Source: an uncultured Chloroflexia bacterium (lineage in GTDB: Bacteria; Chloroflexota; Limnocylindria; Limnocylindrales; CSP1-4). Taken from it: a stretch of 64,000 nucleotides of DNA. The DNA lies in assembly GCA_963814125.1 (NCBI GenBank), contig CAWFBR010000004.1:44766-108765 (forward strand). The letters run 5' to 3'. Below are positions 10,827 to 21,920 of this stretch, in pieces. The first letter of the stretch is position 1; every line of letters begins with the position of its first letter. A program made the position numbers and the translations under genes. The notes under the pieces were generated by a model. The model worked only from the letters and a program-made list of their open reading frames with translations, was not told where the DNA came from and did no database searches.

Positions 10827-11806
10827 TCGACCAGGCTGCGGCCGGTCAGGCGGAGGAAGACGTCCTCGAGGGTGCTGCGCCGAACGAGGACGCTGGTTGG
10901 GCGAAGGCCGCGCTCGTACGCGGTGGCCGCCACGGCCTCGCCGTCGGCGGTGTAAACGAGGACACGGTCGGGCAGCTGCTCGACACGCTCGGCCAGGCCG
11001 TCCAGCCGGCCCGCGAGGTGGGCGCTGTCGTCGGGCTCGCCGTCGTCACGCCTGAATCGAAGCTCCAGCACCTCGCGACTGACGTACTGCTCGATCAGCT
11101 CGCGCGGCGAACCCTCAGCCACGATGTGGGCCTGATCCATGACCACGAGCCGGTCGCACAACTGCTCGGCTTCGTCCATGTAGTGGGTGGTGAGGCACAG
11201 CGTCACTCCCCGCTGCTTGAGGCGGTACAGACGGTCCCACACGAGGTGGCGAGCCTGTGGGTCAAGGCCCGTCGTCGGCTCGTCCAGCAGGAGAAGCGAG
11301 GGCTCGTTGATGAGCGCCCGCGCGATGACCAGCCGGCGCTTCATGCCGCCCGAAAGCGGTTCGACCTTGTCGTTGGACCGCTCGGTCAGCTGGACGAAGT
11401 CGAGCAGCTCGACGGCGCGGCGCCGGGCCTCCCTCCAGGACAGGTCGAAGTAGCGACCGTAGATCAGCAAGTTCTCGAGGACGCTGAGCTCGCTGTCGAG
11501 CGTGTCGGCCTGCGGCACCACTCCCAGCCGAGCCCGGATTCTGGCTCCGTCGCGCTTCGGGTCGAGGCCGAAAACGGTCAGGGCGCCGGCCGTGACCGGC
11601 GAGACCGTGCCGATCATTCGCATCGTAGACGTCTTGCCGGCACCGTTCGGACCGAGGAAACCGAATGCCTCGCCCGGGGCCACGTCGAAGTCCACGCCGT
11701 CGACGGCGGTGAACGCGCCGAAACGCTTCGTGAGACCTCGGGCACGAATCAACGACTCGGGGGTTGCGGCGGGCTCGATCACGACCGGATGGTACCGCCG
11801 GGACAA
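10823..11806 (-). CDS. ABC transporter ATP-binding protein (DrrA/NodI-like)
   Basis: 327 aa. Walker [11 protein letters not shown], signature LSGGMKRR, Walker [16 protein letters not shown] start at 11806; GTG at 11782 is an alternative. Confidence 0.9.
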   Translation of the reverse strand: MSRRYHPVVIEPAATPESLIRARGLTKRFGAFTAVDGVDFDVAPGEAFGFLGPNGAGKTSTMRMIGTVSPVTAGALTVFGLDPKRDGARIRARLGVVPQADTLDSELSVLENLLIYGRYFDLSWREARRRAVELLDFVQLTERSNDKVEPLSGGMKRRLVIARALINEPSLLLLDEPTTGLDPQARHLVWDRLYRLKQRGVTLCLTTHYMDEAEQLCDRLVVMDQAHIVAEGSPRELIEQYVSREVLELRFRRDDGEPDDSAHLAGRLDGLAERVEQLPDRVLVYTADGEAVAATAYERGLRPTSVLVRRSTLEDVFLRLTGRSLVE

Positions 11807-11966
11807 CGTCGAGGCCGCCGCCGACCGGCTTCATCGGGAGCGGGACCCGACCTTCTTGCGACGGGCGCCTCTGAAAACGATCGTTCGACGGTGCTGGGAC
11901 GATCTGGGCGTGGCCCAGGCATCTTCGGGGCGGCCTATCATCCACGGATAGCAGCAAGGGTGATGC

Positions 11967-13469
11967 GTGGAAGAGTTTTGGGTCTGCCCACACTGCCGAT
12001 CGCTCAACCGTGCGAGCGCCGGCAAGTGCTACAGCTGTAAGCAGAAATACGGCAGCAAGCCCCAGGCGGGAGCGCCGATCGTCAAGGACGCTTCCAGCGT
12101 CCCGCCGCCTCCCGCGGCAGTGCCGTCATCGGCAGACTTCGGCGCCGCGTCGGTGCCGCCTCCATACATCTCACGACCGGTCGCTCTGCCACCGGTGCTG
12201 GGCGCAACTGCCACCGCCCTCGGTTCACCGGCCAGAAGCCAGGGCCGCGGAGTGCCGAATCCGGTGTCCGCGATCAAGGGCCGGATCGGCCGGTCCCTCG
12301 CGCTGCGGCAGTCTGTGTCCGCAGGCTGGCTGGGTTATCTGACGGCGATCCTGCTGACGCTGCTCGTTCTGGACGGAGCGCTCTTCGTCCTGACGGTCCT
12401 CCCCGCGGCCGCGGACATGCTGCAGAACGCGAATCTCGCCGATGCGTGGGCGCACCTCACGTCAGATCAGCAGACCCTGGCGAGGAATCTGGCCGTCGTC
12501 TTCGGGGCGCTTGGGCTGGTCAGTCTCCTGGGTCTGTCTCTCTTCCTCGGCCTGACGACTCACAACGCGACGGGCCTCGGAGCCGCCATGCCGCTCCTCA
12601 CGCCGTACGGCGCGGGCATCATCTGGCCCGTGACCGTCTGGACCCAGACCAGAATCGCGGTCGGCATGGTCGTTCCCGCGGCGCTCATGTGGATCGGCTA
12701 TCCGATCCCCGGCTTGATCGCCGCACTCGTGGCCGTGGAGATAGCCCAGCGTCACATGGACGACCCCTTCGGTTGGCTGACCAGGCCATATCGCCACCTC
12801 ACGGACCTCTATACGAAGCTCGGGACCGAGGGTTCGATCGAGTCGCCGATGGCGTCGCTGTGGTCGGCGTGTTTCCGCGCGGCAAATGTTCTGGCCATCG
12901 TCACGTATGCGCTTCCAATGCTGGCGTTGATTCTCATCTTCGCTTCTGATGCTCTCGGACGGGACCGCATCCCCGGCTGGCAATCGAGCGGCCTGGGACC
13001 TGCCCAGATCGGAGTGGCTCTCCTGATCGGCAGTCTCCTGATCTGGACGGCCGGCGCCCTGGCCCTGCTCGTACCAATCACCCTCGGGCTCGTCCACCGC
13101 CAGCGGACCCGCAGGACACTGGTCCGCGTCGGGCGCTCGCGGTCGTGGCTCGCCCGGCCCGGGCAGGGCGGATATACCCCGGCGCAGGTTGCGACTATGC
13201 CCGATTCGTATGACCCGCTGGACCGAGTCGTCGAGCACTACCCGAGACTCGCCCCGGACGGCGACCCGGGTGCCGGATCGGGGCCGGGTCCGATTCCAGG
13301 CCCATGGGATCGCGGAGGACTCGCGGGCACGGGCGACCCGGACACAGGCGGAGCCTCAGACCAGGTCGAACCCTACGAGATGCCGGGCCTGGATCAGGCC
13401 TCCTTGAACTCGCCTTCGACGACTTCCTCGTTCCCCTGGTCGGGCGGGCCGCCCTCGCCGGCGGACTGA
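11967..13469 (+). CDS. Hypothetical polytopic membrane protein with N-terminal zinc ribbon
   Basis: 500 aa, GTG start. [22 protein letters not shown] (CxxC..CxxC), Pro-rich linker, multiple hydrophobic helices, disordered C-tail. The last 76 nt overlap the convergent dnaK 3' end, so the C-terminus is uncertain. Confidence 0.55.
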   Translation: MEEFWVCPHCRSLNRASAGKCYSCKQKYGSKPQAGAPIVKDASSVPPPPAAVPSSADFGAASVPPPYISRPVALPPVLGATATALGSPARSQGRGVPNPVSAIKGRIGRSLALRQSVSAGWLGYLTAILLTLLVLDGALFVLTVLPAAADMLQNANLADAWAHLTSDQQTLARNLAVVFGALGLVSLLGLSLFLGLTTHNATGLGAAMPLLTPYGAGIIWPVTVWTQTRIAVGMVVPAALMWIGYPIPGLIAALVAVEIAQRHMDDPFGWLTRPYRHLTDLYTKLGTEGSIESPMASLWSACFRAANVLAIVTYALPMLALILIFASDALGRDRIPGWQSSGLGPAQIGVALLIGSLLIWTAGALALLVPITLGLVHRQRTRRTLVRVGRSRSWLARPGQGGYTPAQVATMPDSYDPLDRVVEHYPRLAPDGDPGAGSGPGPIPGPWDRGGLAGTGDPDTGGASDQVEPYEMPGLDQASLNSPSTTSSFPWSGGPPSPAD

Positions 13470-15337
13470 TCGTCGCCGGCGTCTGCGGCGCCATCAGGAG
13501 TTCCGGCCGCGGCTCCCGCGTCAGGCGCAGCCTGGTAGGCCGCCGTGCTGACCTTCTGGAGCTGCTCAACAAGGGCGTCCGTCGATGACTTGACGGCGGC
13601 CATTTCGCTGCCCTTGAGGGCAGTCCGGACCGCCTCGATCCGGCGCTCTGTCTCCGCACGATCCTCGGCCGGGACCTTGTCGCCCAGATCGCGAAGCGTC
13701 CGTTCGGCCTGGTAGGCCAGGGCGTCCGCCTGGTTGCGGGTCTCGACCTCCTCCTTGCGGGTGCGGTCCTCGTCGGCGTGGGAAGAGGCCTCCTTGACCA
13801 TCCGGTCCACGTCCGTCTTGGACAGCATCGAGCTGGCGGTGATCCTGACCTGCTGCTCACGGCTCGTGGCCCGGTCCTTGGCCTTCACGTCGAGGATCCC
13901 GTTGGCGTCGATGTCGAAAGTAACCTCGATCTGGGGCACGCCGCGTGGAGCCGGGGGAATTCCATCGAGGATGAACTTGCCCAGCGTCTTGTTGTCGTTC
14001 GCGAAGTCGCGCTCGCCCTGGAGGACGTGGACCTCGACCTGAGTCTGGTTCTCCGACGCGGTCGAGAAGATCTGGCTCTTGCTCGTGGGAATGGTTGTGT
14101 TGCGATCGATGAGCCGGGTCATGACGCCGCCCATGGTCTCGATGCCGAGCGACAGCGGAGTCACGTCCAGGAGCAGGACGTCCTTGACCTCACCGGCCAG
14201 GACGCCGGCCTGGATAGCGGCGCCGATGGCCACGACCTCGTCCGGGTTGACGCCTCGGTGCGGCTCCTTGCCCCCGAACATCTGCTTGACGGCCTCGGTG
14301 ACCGCGGGCATTCGGGTCATGCCGCCGACCAGCACGATCTCGTCGATCTCGGAGGGCTTCAAGCCCGCGTCGCGGAGAGCCTGGCTGACCGGACCGCGCG
14401 TTTTGTCGACCAGGTCCGCGACCAGGTCTTCCAGCTTGGCCCGTGAGAGCGCGATAACCAGATGCTTGGGACCGGCCGCATCGGCCGTGATGTAGGGCAG
14501 GTTGATCTCCGTGGTGCTCGTGGTCGAGAGCTCGATCTTGGCCTTCTCGGCCGCTTCCTTGAGCCGCTGTAGAGCTTGCTGATCGGTCCGAAGGTCGATC
14601 CCCTGGTCGCGCTTGAACTCGGCCAGGAGCCACTCGATGACGCGCTGGTCGAAGTCGTCGCCCCCGAGGTGGGTGTCACCGTTGGTGGCCTTGACCTCGA
14701 AAACGCCCTCGCCCAACTCGAGGATCGAGATGTCGAAAGTGCCGCCCCCAAGGTCGTAGACGGCGATCTTCTCGTCGTGCTTCTTGTCCAGGCCGTAGGC
14801 CAGGGCCGAGGCAGTGGGCTCGTTGATGATCCGCTTGACGTCCAGACCGGCGATGCGGCCCGCGTCCTTGGTGGCCTGGCGCTGGGTGTCATCGAAGTAA
14901 GCCGGGACGGTGATGACCGCCTCGGTGACCTTCTCACCCAGGTAAGCCTCCGCGTCGGTCTTCAGCTTCTGCAGGATCATGGCGCTGATCTCGGGCGGCG
15001 TGTAGCTCTTGCCATCCGCCAGATCGACGCGGATACCGTCACTCTGCGGGTCGCGCTCGACCTTGTACGGAACGAGCTCCTTGGAGTGAGCAGTCTCCGG
15101 GTCGTCGAAACGGCGACCCATAAAGCGCTTGATCGAATAGACGGTATTGGTGGGGTTGGTTACGGCCTGGCGCTTGGCGAGCTGGCCGACCAGGCGCTCG
15201 CCGCCCTTGGTGAAGGCGACGACCGACGGGACGGTTCGGCCTCCCTCCGCGGACGGGATGACGGTTGGCTCTCCACCCTCCATGACCGCCACGACGGAGT
15301 TCGTCGTGCCCAGGTCGATACCGATGATCTTGCCCAT
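13394..15337 (-). CDS. dnaK: Molecular chaperone DnaK (Hsp70)
   Basis: 647 aa: [27 protein letters not shown]-like motifs over the full length. Confidence 0.98.
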   Translation of the reverse strand: MGKIIGIDLGTTNSVVAVMEGGEPTVIPSAEGGRTVPSVVAFTKGGERLVGQLAKRQAVTNPTNTVYSIKRFMGRRFDDPETAHSKELVPYKVERDPQSDGIRVDLADGKSYTPPEISAMILQKLKTDAEAYLGEKVTEAVITVPAYFDDTQRQATKDAGRIAGLDVKRIINEPTASALAYGLDKKHDEKIAVYDLGGGTFDISILELGEGVFEVKATNGDTHLGGDDFDQRVIEWLLAEFKRDQGIDLRTDQQALQRLKEAAEKAKIELSTTSTTEINLPYITADAAGPKHLVIALSRAKLEDLVADLVDKTRGPVSQALRDAGLKPSEIDEIVLVGGMTRMPAVTEAVKQMFGGKEPHRGVNPDEVVAIGAAIQAGVLAGEVKDVLLLDVTPLSLGIETMGGVMTRLIDRNTTIPTSKSQIFSTASENQTQVEVHVLQGERDFANDNKTLGKFILDGIPPAPRGVPQIEVTFDIDANGILDVKAKDRATSREQQVRITASSMLSKTDVDRMVKEASSHADEDRTRKEEVETRNQADALAYQAERTLRDLGDKVPAEDRAETERRIEAVRTALKGSEMAAVKSSTDALVEQLQKVSTAAYQAAPDAGAAAGTPDGAADAGDDQSAGEGGPPDQGNEEVVEGEFKEA

Positions 15338-15372
15338 TCCGGTCGTGCTCCTAGTTGTTTGGCTCAGAGATG

Positions 15373-15987
15373 TCAGTTGATTTGTGAAGTGGCGTCGCCG
15401 CCGGAGGCATCGTCACCACCCGCGACCGCGACCATTGCCGGCCGCAGCACTCTGTCTCGGACTCGATAGCCACGCTGGATCTCGGCCACGACTTCACCGT
15501 CGGGCTTACCCGTGGCGGGGACGCTGGCGATGGCTTCATGTTCTCGAGGGTCGAAGGGCCGGCCGACCGCCTCGATCGGTGTCACTCCTTCACTCTCCAG
15601 AAGGGCCCGCAGCTTGCGGTCCAGCAGGACGATTCCCTCGATCCAGCTCACCGTCACGAGCTCCTCGGGCATCGTATCCAGGGCCCGATCGAAGTCATCG
15701 GCGACGGCCAGCACTTTGCGCAGCAGCGACTCGCCGGCCAGCCCAAGCTCGCGCTCGCGCTCCTCCGTCGTGCGCCGACGGAAGTTGGCGAAGTCCGCGG
15801 CCGTCCGCTGCAGGGAGGCCTTGTGCTCGGCTGCCTGGGTCTGGGCATCGTCGAGCTCCGCCCGGAGGCGTTCGATCTCCGCGGTCAGCCGCTCGTCCGG
15901 CTGAGCCGGCGCGGCCGCTGCGGGACGGCCGGGCCAATCGCCTCCCGCGCCCCGATGATGGATCCGTGGCGTCTGTCGATCAGGCAT
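15373..15987 (-). CDS. grpE: Nucleotide exchange factor GrpE
   Basis: [31 protein letters not shown] 15987 overlaps the hrcA 3' end by 8 nt; the ORF track start at 16008 is an alternative. Confidence 0.9.
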   Translation of the reverse strand: MPDRQTPRIHHRGAGGDWPGRPAAAAPAQPDERLTAEIERLRAELDDAQTQAAEHKASLQRTAADFANFRRRTTEERERELGLAGESLLRKVLAVADDFDRALDTMPEELVTVSWIEGIVLLDRKLRALLESEGVTPIEAVGRPFDPREHEAIASVPATGKPDGEVVAEIQRGYRVRDRVLRPAMVAVAGGDDASGGDATSQIN

Positions 15988-17053
15988 ACAGATGCTCCAC
16001 CAATTCACTCATGAGGTCGGAAACGAACTCGACCGACGCGATCGCCTGGGCATAAGGCATTCGGGTCGGCCCCAGGACGCCGACTGCGCCAACGGCTCGA
16101 CCGATGCGGCCGTACGGCGCAATCACGAGCGAGACATCCTGCATCTCGAGGGACCGGTTCTCGTGGCCGATGAAGATCTGGATGCTGCCCGCCCGAGCCA
16201 CGCTGTCGACCAGCGAGCCCATATAGACCCTGTTCTCCAGTGCCGCGAACACCTGCCGGACCTTGTCGGTCCGATCGAACTCCGGGGCCGCCATCACGTT
16301 CAGCAGCCCGTCGCTGTAGATGTCGTCGATAAGAGCCGCGTCGAACTCCGCCATCGTCCGCACGAGCCCATCTCCGGCCAATCGGAGGAGGTACAGGTCG
16401 TCGTTGCCTTCGTCGCCCGCAGGCAGATCGGCCAGCGCCACCTGGATCTCCGCGGCCGTCCGGTCCACCGCCAGAACGTTCAGCAGGCCCGCCACTCGAT
16501 TCAGCTGCTCCTGGTCCGCGTCCAGGGGCAGGTTCTGGAGTGCCTGCTTCATCGTCCCCTCGCGGAAGACCACCACCATCAACGCAAGGCGGTCCTGCAC
16601 GGTGACAAGGTCCACGCGACGCACCCGAGCCGTCTCGGCCTTGGCCGTGGTCGCAAGACCGGCGGTTCCGGTCGCGGCCGCCAACGTGCTCGCGGCAAGC
16701 CGGAACCAGTGTTCGCTGGTCAGCTCGACCTGGCCGAACTGGTGGCGAATCATGCGCTGTTCGACCTGCGGGAGCGACCGCTCGTCCGCGAGGACCTGGA
16801 CGTAGTAGCGGTAGCCCGCGTCGGTCGGCACGCGCCCGGCGGAGGTATGCGGATGCGTGAGCAGGCCCAGGGCTTCCAGGTCGGACAGGATGTTGCGGAC
16901 CGTGGCGCTGCTTACGCCCAGCGGGTAGTTCTCCACCAGCGAGATCGAACTCACCGGCGTTGCCGACGACACGTATTCATCAATGACGGTCCGCAGGATG
17001 GCGCCCGATCGCTCGTCCAGCAAGCCGATGGAGCGGCGTGGCCGTCGCGCCAT
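15980..17053 (-). CDS. hrcA: Heat-inducible transcription repressor HrcA
   Basis: ATG at 17053 gives MARRPRRSIGLLDERSGAILRTVIDEYVSSATPVSSISL..SSATVRNILSDLEALGLLTHPHTSAGRVPTDAGYRYYV. A CIRCE element lies upstream. Confidence 0.93.
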   Translation of the reverse strand: MARRPRRSIGLLDERSGAILRTVIDEYVSSATPVSSISLVENYPLGVSSATVRNILSDLEALGLLTHPHTSAGRVPTDAGYRYYVQVLADERSLPQVEQRMIRHQFGQVELTSEHWFRLAASTLAAATGTAGLATTAKAETARVRRVDLVTVQDRLALMVVVFREGTMKQALQNLPLDADQEQLNRVAGLLNVLAVDRTAAEIQVALADLPAGDEGNDDLYLLRLAGDGLVRTMAEFDAALIDDIYSDGLLNVMAAPEFDRTDKVRQVFAALENRVYMGSLVDSVARAGSIQIFIGHENRSLEMQDVSLVIAPYGRIGRAVGAVGVLGPTRMPYAQAIASVEFVSDLMSELVEHLYA

Positions 17054-17182
17054 AACTGACTCCACTTCTGCGCCGGTGACCCGTCCGGGTGCAAAGCGGC
17101 GGCTGCGTGCGGCTCCCATCTGAAAGGCCAGAGGGTCCGCGGCCGGCCGCCGACTCCCCGTTCGGCATCGTTTCCGGCTCGG

Positions 17183-17209
17183 TTAGCACTCTCACTGTGC
17201 GAGTGCTAA
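17183..17209 (-). promoter_or_regulatory. CIRCE operator (HrcA binding site)
   Basis: Perfect TTAGCACTC-N9-GAGTGCTAA inverted repeat, 130 nt upstream of the hrcA start. Confidence 0.95.
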
Positions 17210-17221
17210 CTTGCTGTGCCG

Positions 17222-17250
17222 ATGGTACCAGCCTCTCCTGGAGAGGTCAA
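17222..17250 (-). promoter_or_regulatory. Sigma-70-like promoter of the hrcA-grpE-dnaK operon
   Basis: Minus strand reads TTGACC-17 nt-TACCAT and ends 12 nt before CIRCE. The spacer contains the near-palindrome CCTCTCC(A)GGAGAGG. Confidence 0.6.
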
Positions 17251-17274
17251 CGACCGGCGCGGGGTGGACGGGGC

Positions 17275-17350
17275 GGGGGCCGTGGAGTCGCGCGGGGGCC
17301 GTGGAGTCGCGCGGGGGCCGTGGAGTCGCGCGGGGGCCGTTGAGTCGCGC
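17275..17350. repeat. 4 x 19-bp head-to-tail tandem repeat (GGGGGCCGTGGAGTCGCGC), intergenic
   Basis: Three perfect copies plus a fourth with one mismatch (gtTgag). Begins 10 nt after the hemW stop and lies upstream of the hrcA promoter. Confidence 0.95.
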
Positions 17351-17359
17351 TCGCCGGCG

Positions 17360-18598
17360 CTATACGAGCCGTTGGAATAGCTCGTTGCTGAGCAGGCGAC
17401 CGCGCTGCGTCAGCCGGAGGTGAGGCCGGCCGTCGACCATGGCTTGCTCAATCAGGCCGGAAGAGTCGGCCCAGTTGCGGACGGCGGCCAAAGGCGGCTC
17501 GTCGCCCCAACTCTGCGGCACCCCTCGATCCAACCGCAGGGCCAGGATGACCCGCTCCGCGGCCGCGGTCTCGTCGCTCAATCGCTCCTCGCCACCGGGC
17601 GGGACCGCAGGGACACCCATGGACGGCAGCAACGATGCCAGGTACGGCTCCATGGCCGCGGCATTCCAGCGCCTGGTGACTCCGTCGAAGGCATGGGCGC
17701 CCGGACCGACCGCCTCGTACGGCCGGCGTTCCCAGTAGGCCAGGTTGTGGCGGCTCTCGTGGCCCGGCCTGCTCCAATTGGAGATCTCGTATCCGCGCCA
17801 TCCAGCGTCCGCGAGGAGGCCGGTCGCGAGCAAGTACTGGTCTGCCGCCCGATCCTCGTCCTGCTCGGCCCGGGCCCGCTCTCGCCAGTGCCGCGCACCC
17901 GGGACGGTGGGCAGATGGTCCCCCTGGAACCCGGTGATCCCCTCCTCTTCCGGATCGTCCAGGGTCAGCGCATAGAGCGAGAGATGGTCGGGGAACAGGT
18001 CCAGGGCAGCGCGGAGCGTCGCCTCCCACGCCGCGACCTCCTGGCCGGGCACGTCATAGAGAAGGTCCAGATTGACGGAATCGATGCCGGCGGCCCGAGC
18101 CTCCGCAACGGCCGCGGCTACGTCCTCCGGGGAGTGGCGCCGGCCGAGACGCCGCAGTTCCGCGCCGTCGAGGCTCTGGGCACCCAACGACACGCGGTTG
18201 ACCCCGAGACGCCGGAACGCGGCCAGTTCGCCCCGCTCGTCAGGACCCGGGTTCGCCTCCAGCGTGATCTCCGCTTCGGGCGCCAGCCCGAAGCGAGCTC
18301 GTACGATCGCGAGCAACCGCTCGAGCCACTCCACTGGGACGAGCGAGGGCGTGCCGCCGCCGAAGTAGACGCTACCGAGAGGAGGGCGATCGCCCGTTTC
18401 CGGGGCTCCGAACGCAGCGTCCAGAAGCTCGGCCCGGAGCTCGAGCTCCCGACCAACGGCCTCGTACACGCGGCCGGTGCGCGACCTGGGGCCGCGGGCA
18501 TCGGCCCCGGCATAGACCACGAAGTCGCAATAGGGGCAGCGTGCCACGCAGAACGGCAGGTGGACGTACAGGGCGACGGGTGGCTGTGGCTGGCTCAC
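17360..18598 (-). CDS. hemW: Radical SAM haem chaperone HemW (HemN-like, oxygen-independent coproporphyrinogen oxidase family)
   Basis: 412 aa: LYVHLPFCVARCPYCDF (CxxxCxxC), GGGTPS, HemN_C-like C-terminus. Syntenic between lepA and hrcA. Confidence 0.88.
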   Translation of the reverse strand: MSQPQPPVALYVHLPFCVARCPYCDFVVYAGADARGPRSRTGRVYEAVGRELELRAELLDAAFGAPETGDRPPLGSVYFGGGTPSLVPVEWLERLLAIVRARFGLAPEAEITLEANPGPDERGELAAFRRLGVNRVSLGAQSLDGAELRRLGRRHSPEDVAAAVAEARAAGIDSVNLDLLYDVPGQEVAAWEATLRAALDLFPDHLSLYALTLDDPEEEGITGFQGDHLPTVPGARHWRERARAEQDEDRAADQYLLATGLLADAGWRGYEISNWSRPGHESRHNLAYWERRPYEAVGPGAHAFDGVTRRWNAAAMEPYLASLLPSMGVPAVPPGGEERLSDETAAAERVILALRLDRGVPQSWGDEPPLAAVRNWADSSGLIEQAMVDGRPHLRLTQRGRLLSNELFQRLV

Positions 18599-18640
18599 GG
18601 ACAGAGGGTACCCGAGCGATCCGACTCGGCGCCGGCCGGA

Positions 18641-19714
18641 CTAGCCGCCGCCACGCCCCTGCGTCTTGCGATCTCCAGCGCGTGGCTCCGGCGTCTGGCT
18701 CGCCGCGGTGCGTCCCGGCGCCTGGCCATCCCCGGCTCCACGCGGCGCCTGGCGATCCGCGCCGCCATCAGGCCGGCCATCGGTGCCGCCACGCGTCAGG
18801 CCACCCGTCAGGCCATCCGTCAGGCCATCCACGCCGCCGAGCGCCGTGCGAATCCAGGCGGCCAGTCCGGAGGCCGAAGAGACCGCGCCGCGACCTCGGG
18901 CCGCGGCCGGGACCCGCCGTTGGCCGTACCCGGATCGCCCCGGAGTCTCGAGGCTGCGCGGCCCGGCGCCGCGACCGGCGGCCGCCGGCCGCCACACGTA
19001 CTGCCAGCCCTCCGGCGGGCGCTGCCGCCGCTCCACCTCTTCTGCCTCGAGACCTGCGACCGCCACCTGGCCGGCGTGCCCCGTGCAGACGAAGAGGGCG
19101 AACGAGGTCCCGGCGTGACCGAGGATCGCCGCTCCGATGCCACCGGTCGCGAGGGTCACCCAGCCTCCCAGCACGCCCAGAGTCAGGGCCAGCAGCAACA
19201 TGAAGCGGTTCCGTCCAGGAGCCGCCAGCCGGGTGGCCAGAGCGTAGGCGAGCGCCGCCACGAGGATGGAGCCTCCCGGCGGCAAGCCGATCCAGACCAG
19301 CGTTCCCAGGAGCGCTCCACGAAAGGTCGCCTCGTCGATGACCGCCGTCCCGATGGCGTTGAATGCCGCACCCGGATAGGCGCGGGCCGCCGGAAATCGC
19401 AGCTCGCCATACCAGAACCACGCGAAGGCGGCGACCAGGAGCGTTCCCAGCACGGCCATAGCCACGCCGTACGTGAGGGCTGCCGATCGATGGCCCACGA
19501 GGAGGAGCAGCACGTCGTGCGGCTGCGGGTGCACGAGGTAGATCGCCGCCAGCAGCGCCAGACCGATGGCATACCAGGACAGCCTGGTCCAGGCACCTCG
19601 CTTTCCGGGTTCGTCGTACTCCGCCGCTCCGAAGCGCTCAGACTCGAGACGAAGGAGCACCAGCAGCATGAAGAAGCCGGAGGCGATAAGAACCCGGGTC
19701 GACTCCTCGCTCAT
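18641..19714 (-). CDS. Divergent CPBP (CAAX protease-like) polytopic membrane protein with Arg/Gly-rich tail
   Basis: 357 aa with several TM helices. [12 protein letters not shown] resembles CPBP motif 1 (EExxxR); the later His motifs are degenerate. ATGA overlap with the lepA stop. The C-terminal ~130 aa are low complexity. Confidence 0.5.
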   Translation of the reverse strand: MSEESTRVLIASGFFMLLVLLRLESERFGAAEYDEPGKRGAWTRLSWYAIGLALLAAIYLVHPQPHDVLLLLVGHRSAALTYGVAMAVLGTLLVAAFAWFWYGELRFPAARAYPGAAFNAIGTAVIDEATFRGALLGTLVWIGLPPGGSILVAALAYALATRLAAPGRNRFMLLLALTLGVLGGWVTLATGGIGAAILGHAGTSFALFVCTGHAGQVAVAGLEAEEVERRQRPPEGWQYVWRPAAAGRGAGPRSLETPGRSGYGQRRVPAAARGRGAVSSASGLAAWIRTALGGVDGLTDGLTGGLTRGGTDGRPDGGADRQAPRGAGDGQAPGRTAASQTPEPRAGDRKTQGRGGG

Positions 19715-21522
19715 ACGTCATCCATTCGTAGAACCGCCAGGAAGGCTTCCTGCGGTATTTCGACGGATCCCACCCGCTTCATGCGCTGTTTGCCTTCCTT
19801 CTGCTTCTCGAGGAGTTTGCGCTTGCGGGTAATGTCGCCGCCGTAGCACTTCGCCAGGACGTTCTTCCTCATCGCCGCGACCGACTCTCGGGCGATGACG
19901 GTGGAGCCGATCGCGGCCTGGACGGCGATTTCGAACATCTGGCGCGGGATGAGACCCCTCAGGCGGTGGACCAGCTCGCGACCTATGGCCTGAGCCCGGT
20001 CCCTGTGGACGATCACCGACAAAGCGTCGACGGGTTCGCCGGCAACCAACACGTCGACCTTGACCAGGCTGGCCGCCCGATAGCCGATCTCCTCGAAGTC
20101 CATCGAAGCGTAGCCCTGCGTTCGCGTCTTGAGCTGATCGTAGAAGTCCACGATGACCTCACCCAGGGGCAGCTCGAAGTTGATCAGGACACGCTGCGGG
20201 TCCAGGTATTCCATCGCCAGGAACGTGCCGCGGCGGTTCTTGGCCAGCTCCATGAGCGTGCCGATGTAGGTGGTCGGGGTGACAATGCCGAGCTTCACCC
20301 AGGGCTCGAGGATTTCCTCAATATCGCCGGCGTTGGGCATCTTGGACGGGTTATCGACCGACACCGTCCCCTGACCGTGCATCAGGACGACCTGGTACTC
20401 GACCGAAGGCGCCGAGGCGATCAGCTCCTGGCCGAACTCGCGCTCCAGCCGCTCCTGGACTATCTCCATGTGCAACAGGCCCAGGAAGCCGCATCTGAAG
20501 CCGAAGCCAAGGGCGACGGAACTCTCGGGCTCGAAGCTGAAGCTCGCGTCGTTGAGGTGGAGCTTCTCCATGGCGTCGCGCAGGAGCGGGTAGTCCGAGC
20601 CGAGGATCGGGTAGATGCCGGCGAACACGAGGCTCTTGGCCGGCTGGTAGCCGGGAAGTGGTTCAGGGGCGGGAGCCGCCACGGTCGTGACCGTGTCCCC
20701 GACCTGGGCCTCGCGGACGCTCTTGAGACCCGTGGCCACGTAGCCCACCTCGCCGGCGGTCAGCTCTGGGACGGGTACCAGCTGGGGCCGGAAGAAACCG
20801 AGTTCCACCAGCTCGGCCTCCGCTCCCGAGCCCATCAGCCGGATGATGTCGTGCTGGCGCAGGGTCCCCTGGGCGAGTCGGATGTAGCAGACGACGCCCT
20901 TGTACGAGTCGTAGTGGGAGTCGAAGATGAGGGCTCTGAGCGGCGCTTCCGGATCGCCCCGCGGGGCCGGAACGCGCTGGACGATCGCCTCGAGGATCTC
21001 CGGGACGCCGGTTCCGTCCTTGGCCGACGCGAGAAGGACTTCCTCGCGCGGCATGGCCAGGACGTTCTCCAGCTCCTCGATCACGACATCGACCTGGGCC
21101 GACGGCAGATCGATCTTGTTGAGGACGGGAATGATCGTCAGGTTCTGGGCCAGGGCCAGGTGGACGTTGGCCAGCGTCTGAGCCTCGATCCCCTGCGTCG
21201 CGTCGATGACCAGGATGGCCCCGTCGCAGGCCTGCAGGGAGCGGCTGACTTCGTAGCTGAAGTCGACGTGGCCGGGGGTGTCGATCAGGTTGAGGCCGTA
21301 GATCAGGCCGTCGGACGCGGTGTACTCGAGCCTTACCGCCCGGGCCTTGATCGTGATCCCGTGCTCGCGCTCCAGGTCCATCGAGTCGAGCACCTGACTC
21401 GTCATCTGGCGCGCGTCGATGGTGTGCGTCAGCTCCAGCAAGCGATCCGAGAGCGTGGTCTTGCCGTGGTCGATGTGGGCGATGATCGAGAAGTTGCGCA
21501 GACGGTCTTGCGGGATGGTCAC
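19711..21522 (-). CDS. lepA: Elongation factor 4 (LepA)
   Basis: 603 aa, GTG start: [27 protein letters not shown], LepA C-terminal domain. Confidence 0.97.
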   Translation of the reverse strand: MTIPQDRLRNFSIIAHIDHGKTTLSDRLLELTHTIDARQMTSQVLDSMDLEREHGITIKARAVRLEYTASDGLIYGLNLIDTPGHVDFSYEVSRSLQACDGAILVIDATQGIEAQTLANVHLALAQNLTIIPVLNKIDLPSAQVDVVIEELENVLAMPREEVLLASAKDGTGVPEILEAIVQRVPAPRGDPEAPLRALIFDSHYDSYKGVVCYIRLAQGTLRQHDIIRLMGSGAEAELVELGFFRPQLVPVPELTAGEVGYVATGLKSVREAQVGDTVTTVAAPAPEPLPGYQPAKSLVFAGIYPILGSDYPLLRDAMEKLHLNDASFSFEPESSVALGFGFRCGFLGLLHMEIVQERLEREFGQELIASAPSVEYQVVLMHGQGTVSVDNPSKMPNAGDIEEILEPWVKLGIVTPTTYIGTLMELAKNRRGTFLAMEYLDPQRVLINFELPLGEVIVDFYDQLKTRTQGYASMDFEEIGYRAASLVKVDVLVAGEPVDALSVIVHRDRAQAIGRELVHRLRGLIPRQMFEIAVQAAIGSTVIARESVAAMRKNVLAKCYGGDITRKRKLLEKQKEGKQRMKRVGSVEIPQEAFLAVLRMDDV

Positions 21523-21632
21523 GGGGTTGGAGTGTAGCCGGTCGAACTGCCCTTTTGACTGTGACAGTCAGAGTCGGGAGCGCCGTACACTGGCGAGCGG
21601 TTCCGACATGGCGGGACGGAAAGCGGGCTTCG

Positions 21633-21887
21633 ATGAGCGACAGGAAGCCGGCGGCCGATAAGAAGCTCGGCCTGTTCTTCAGTCCGAGCGGCGTCGCAGG
21701 CAACGGCGGATACCTGATCCCGATGGGCAACCTTAACGTGGGGCCCGGCGAGCCTGGTCTCGGCGATGAGTGGCACATGCCCGCGGAGCCGGGCGACGCG
21801 ATCGACCCCGAGGGTGAGGAAAGCGTAAAGCCGCTCCCCTCCCCGGGCGCCATCACCCCAAGGCGCACTCGGAATCACAGACCCTAG
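21633..21887 (+). CDS. Hypothetical small protein (84 aa)
   Basis: ATG 21633 inside ORF 21555..21887 with a weak GGAAAG upstream. Third-position GC looks coding-like. No recognisable motif. Confidence 0.3.
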   Translation: MSDRKPAADKKLGLFFSPSGVAGNGGYLIPMGNLNVGPGEPGLGDEWHMPAEPGDAIDPEGEESVKPLPSPGAITPRRTRNHRP

Positions 21888-21920
21888 CCGTCGGGCGATC
21901 TCAAGCCGCGGCCGTAGCGA

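Noticed and set aside
17275-17350. Possible CRISPR array
   Set aside because: The repeats are directly contiguous with no spacers, the unit is only 19 bp, and no cas genes are present anywhere in the window.
17420-19846. 808-aa plus-strand ORF
   Set aside because: It is antisense to hemW, the CPBP-like gene and the lepA 3' end. It shows typical high-GC shadow-ORF composition and no motifs.
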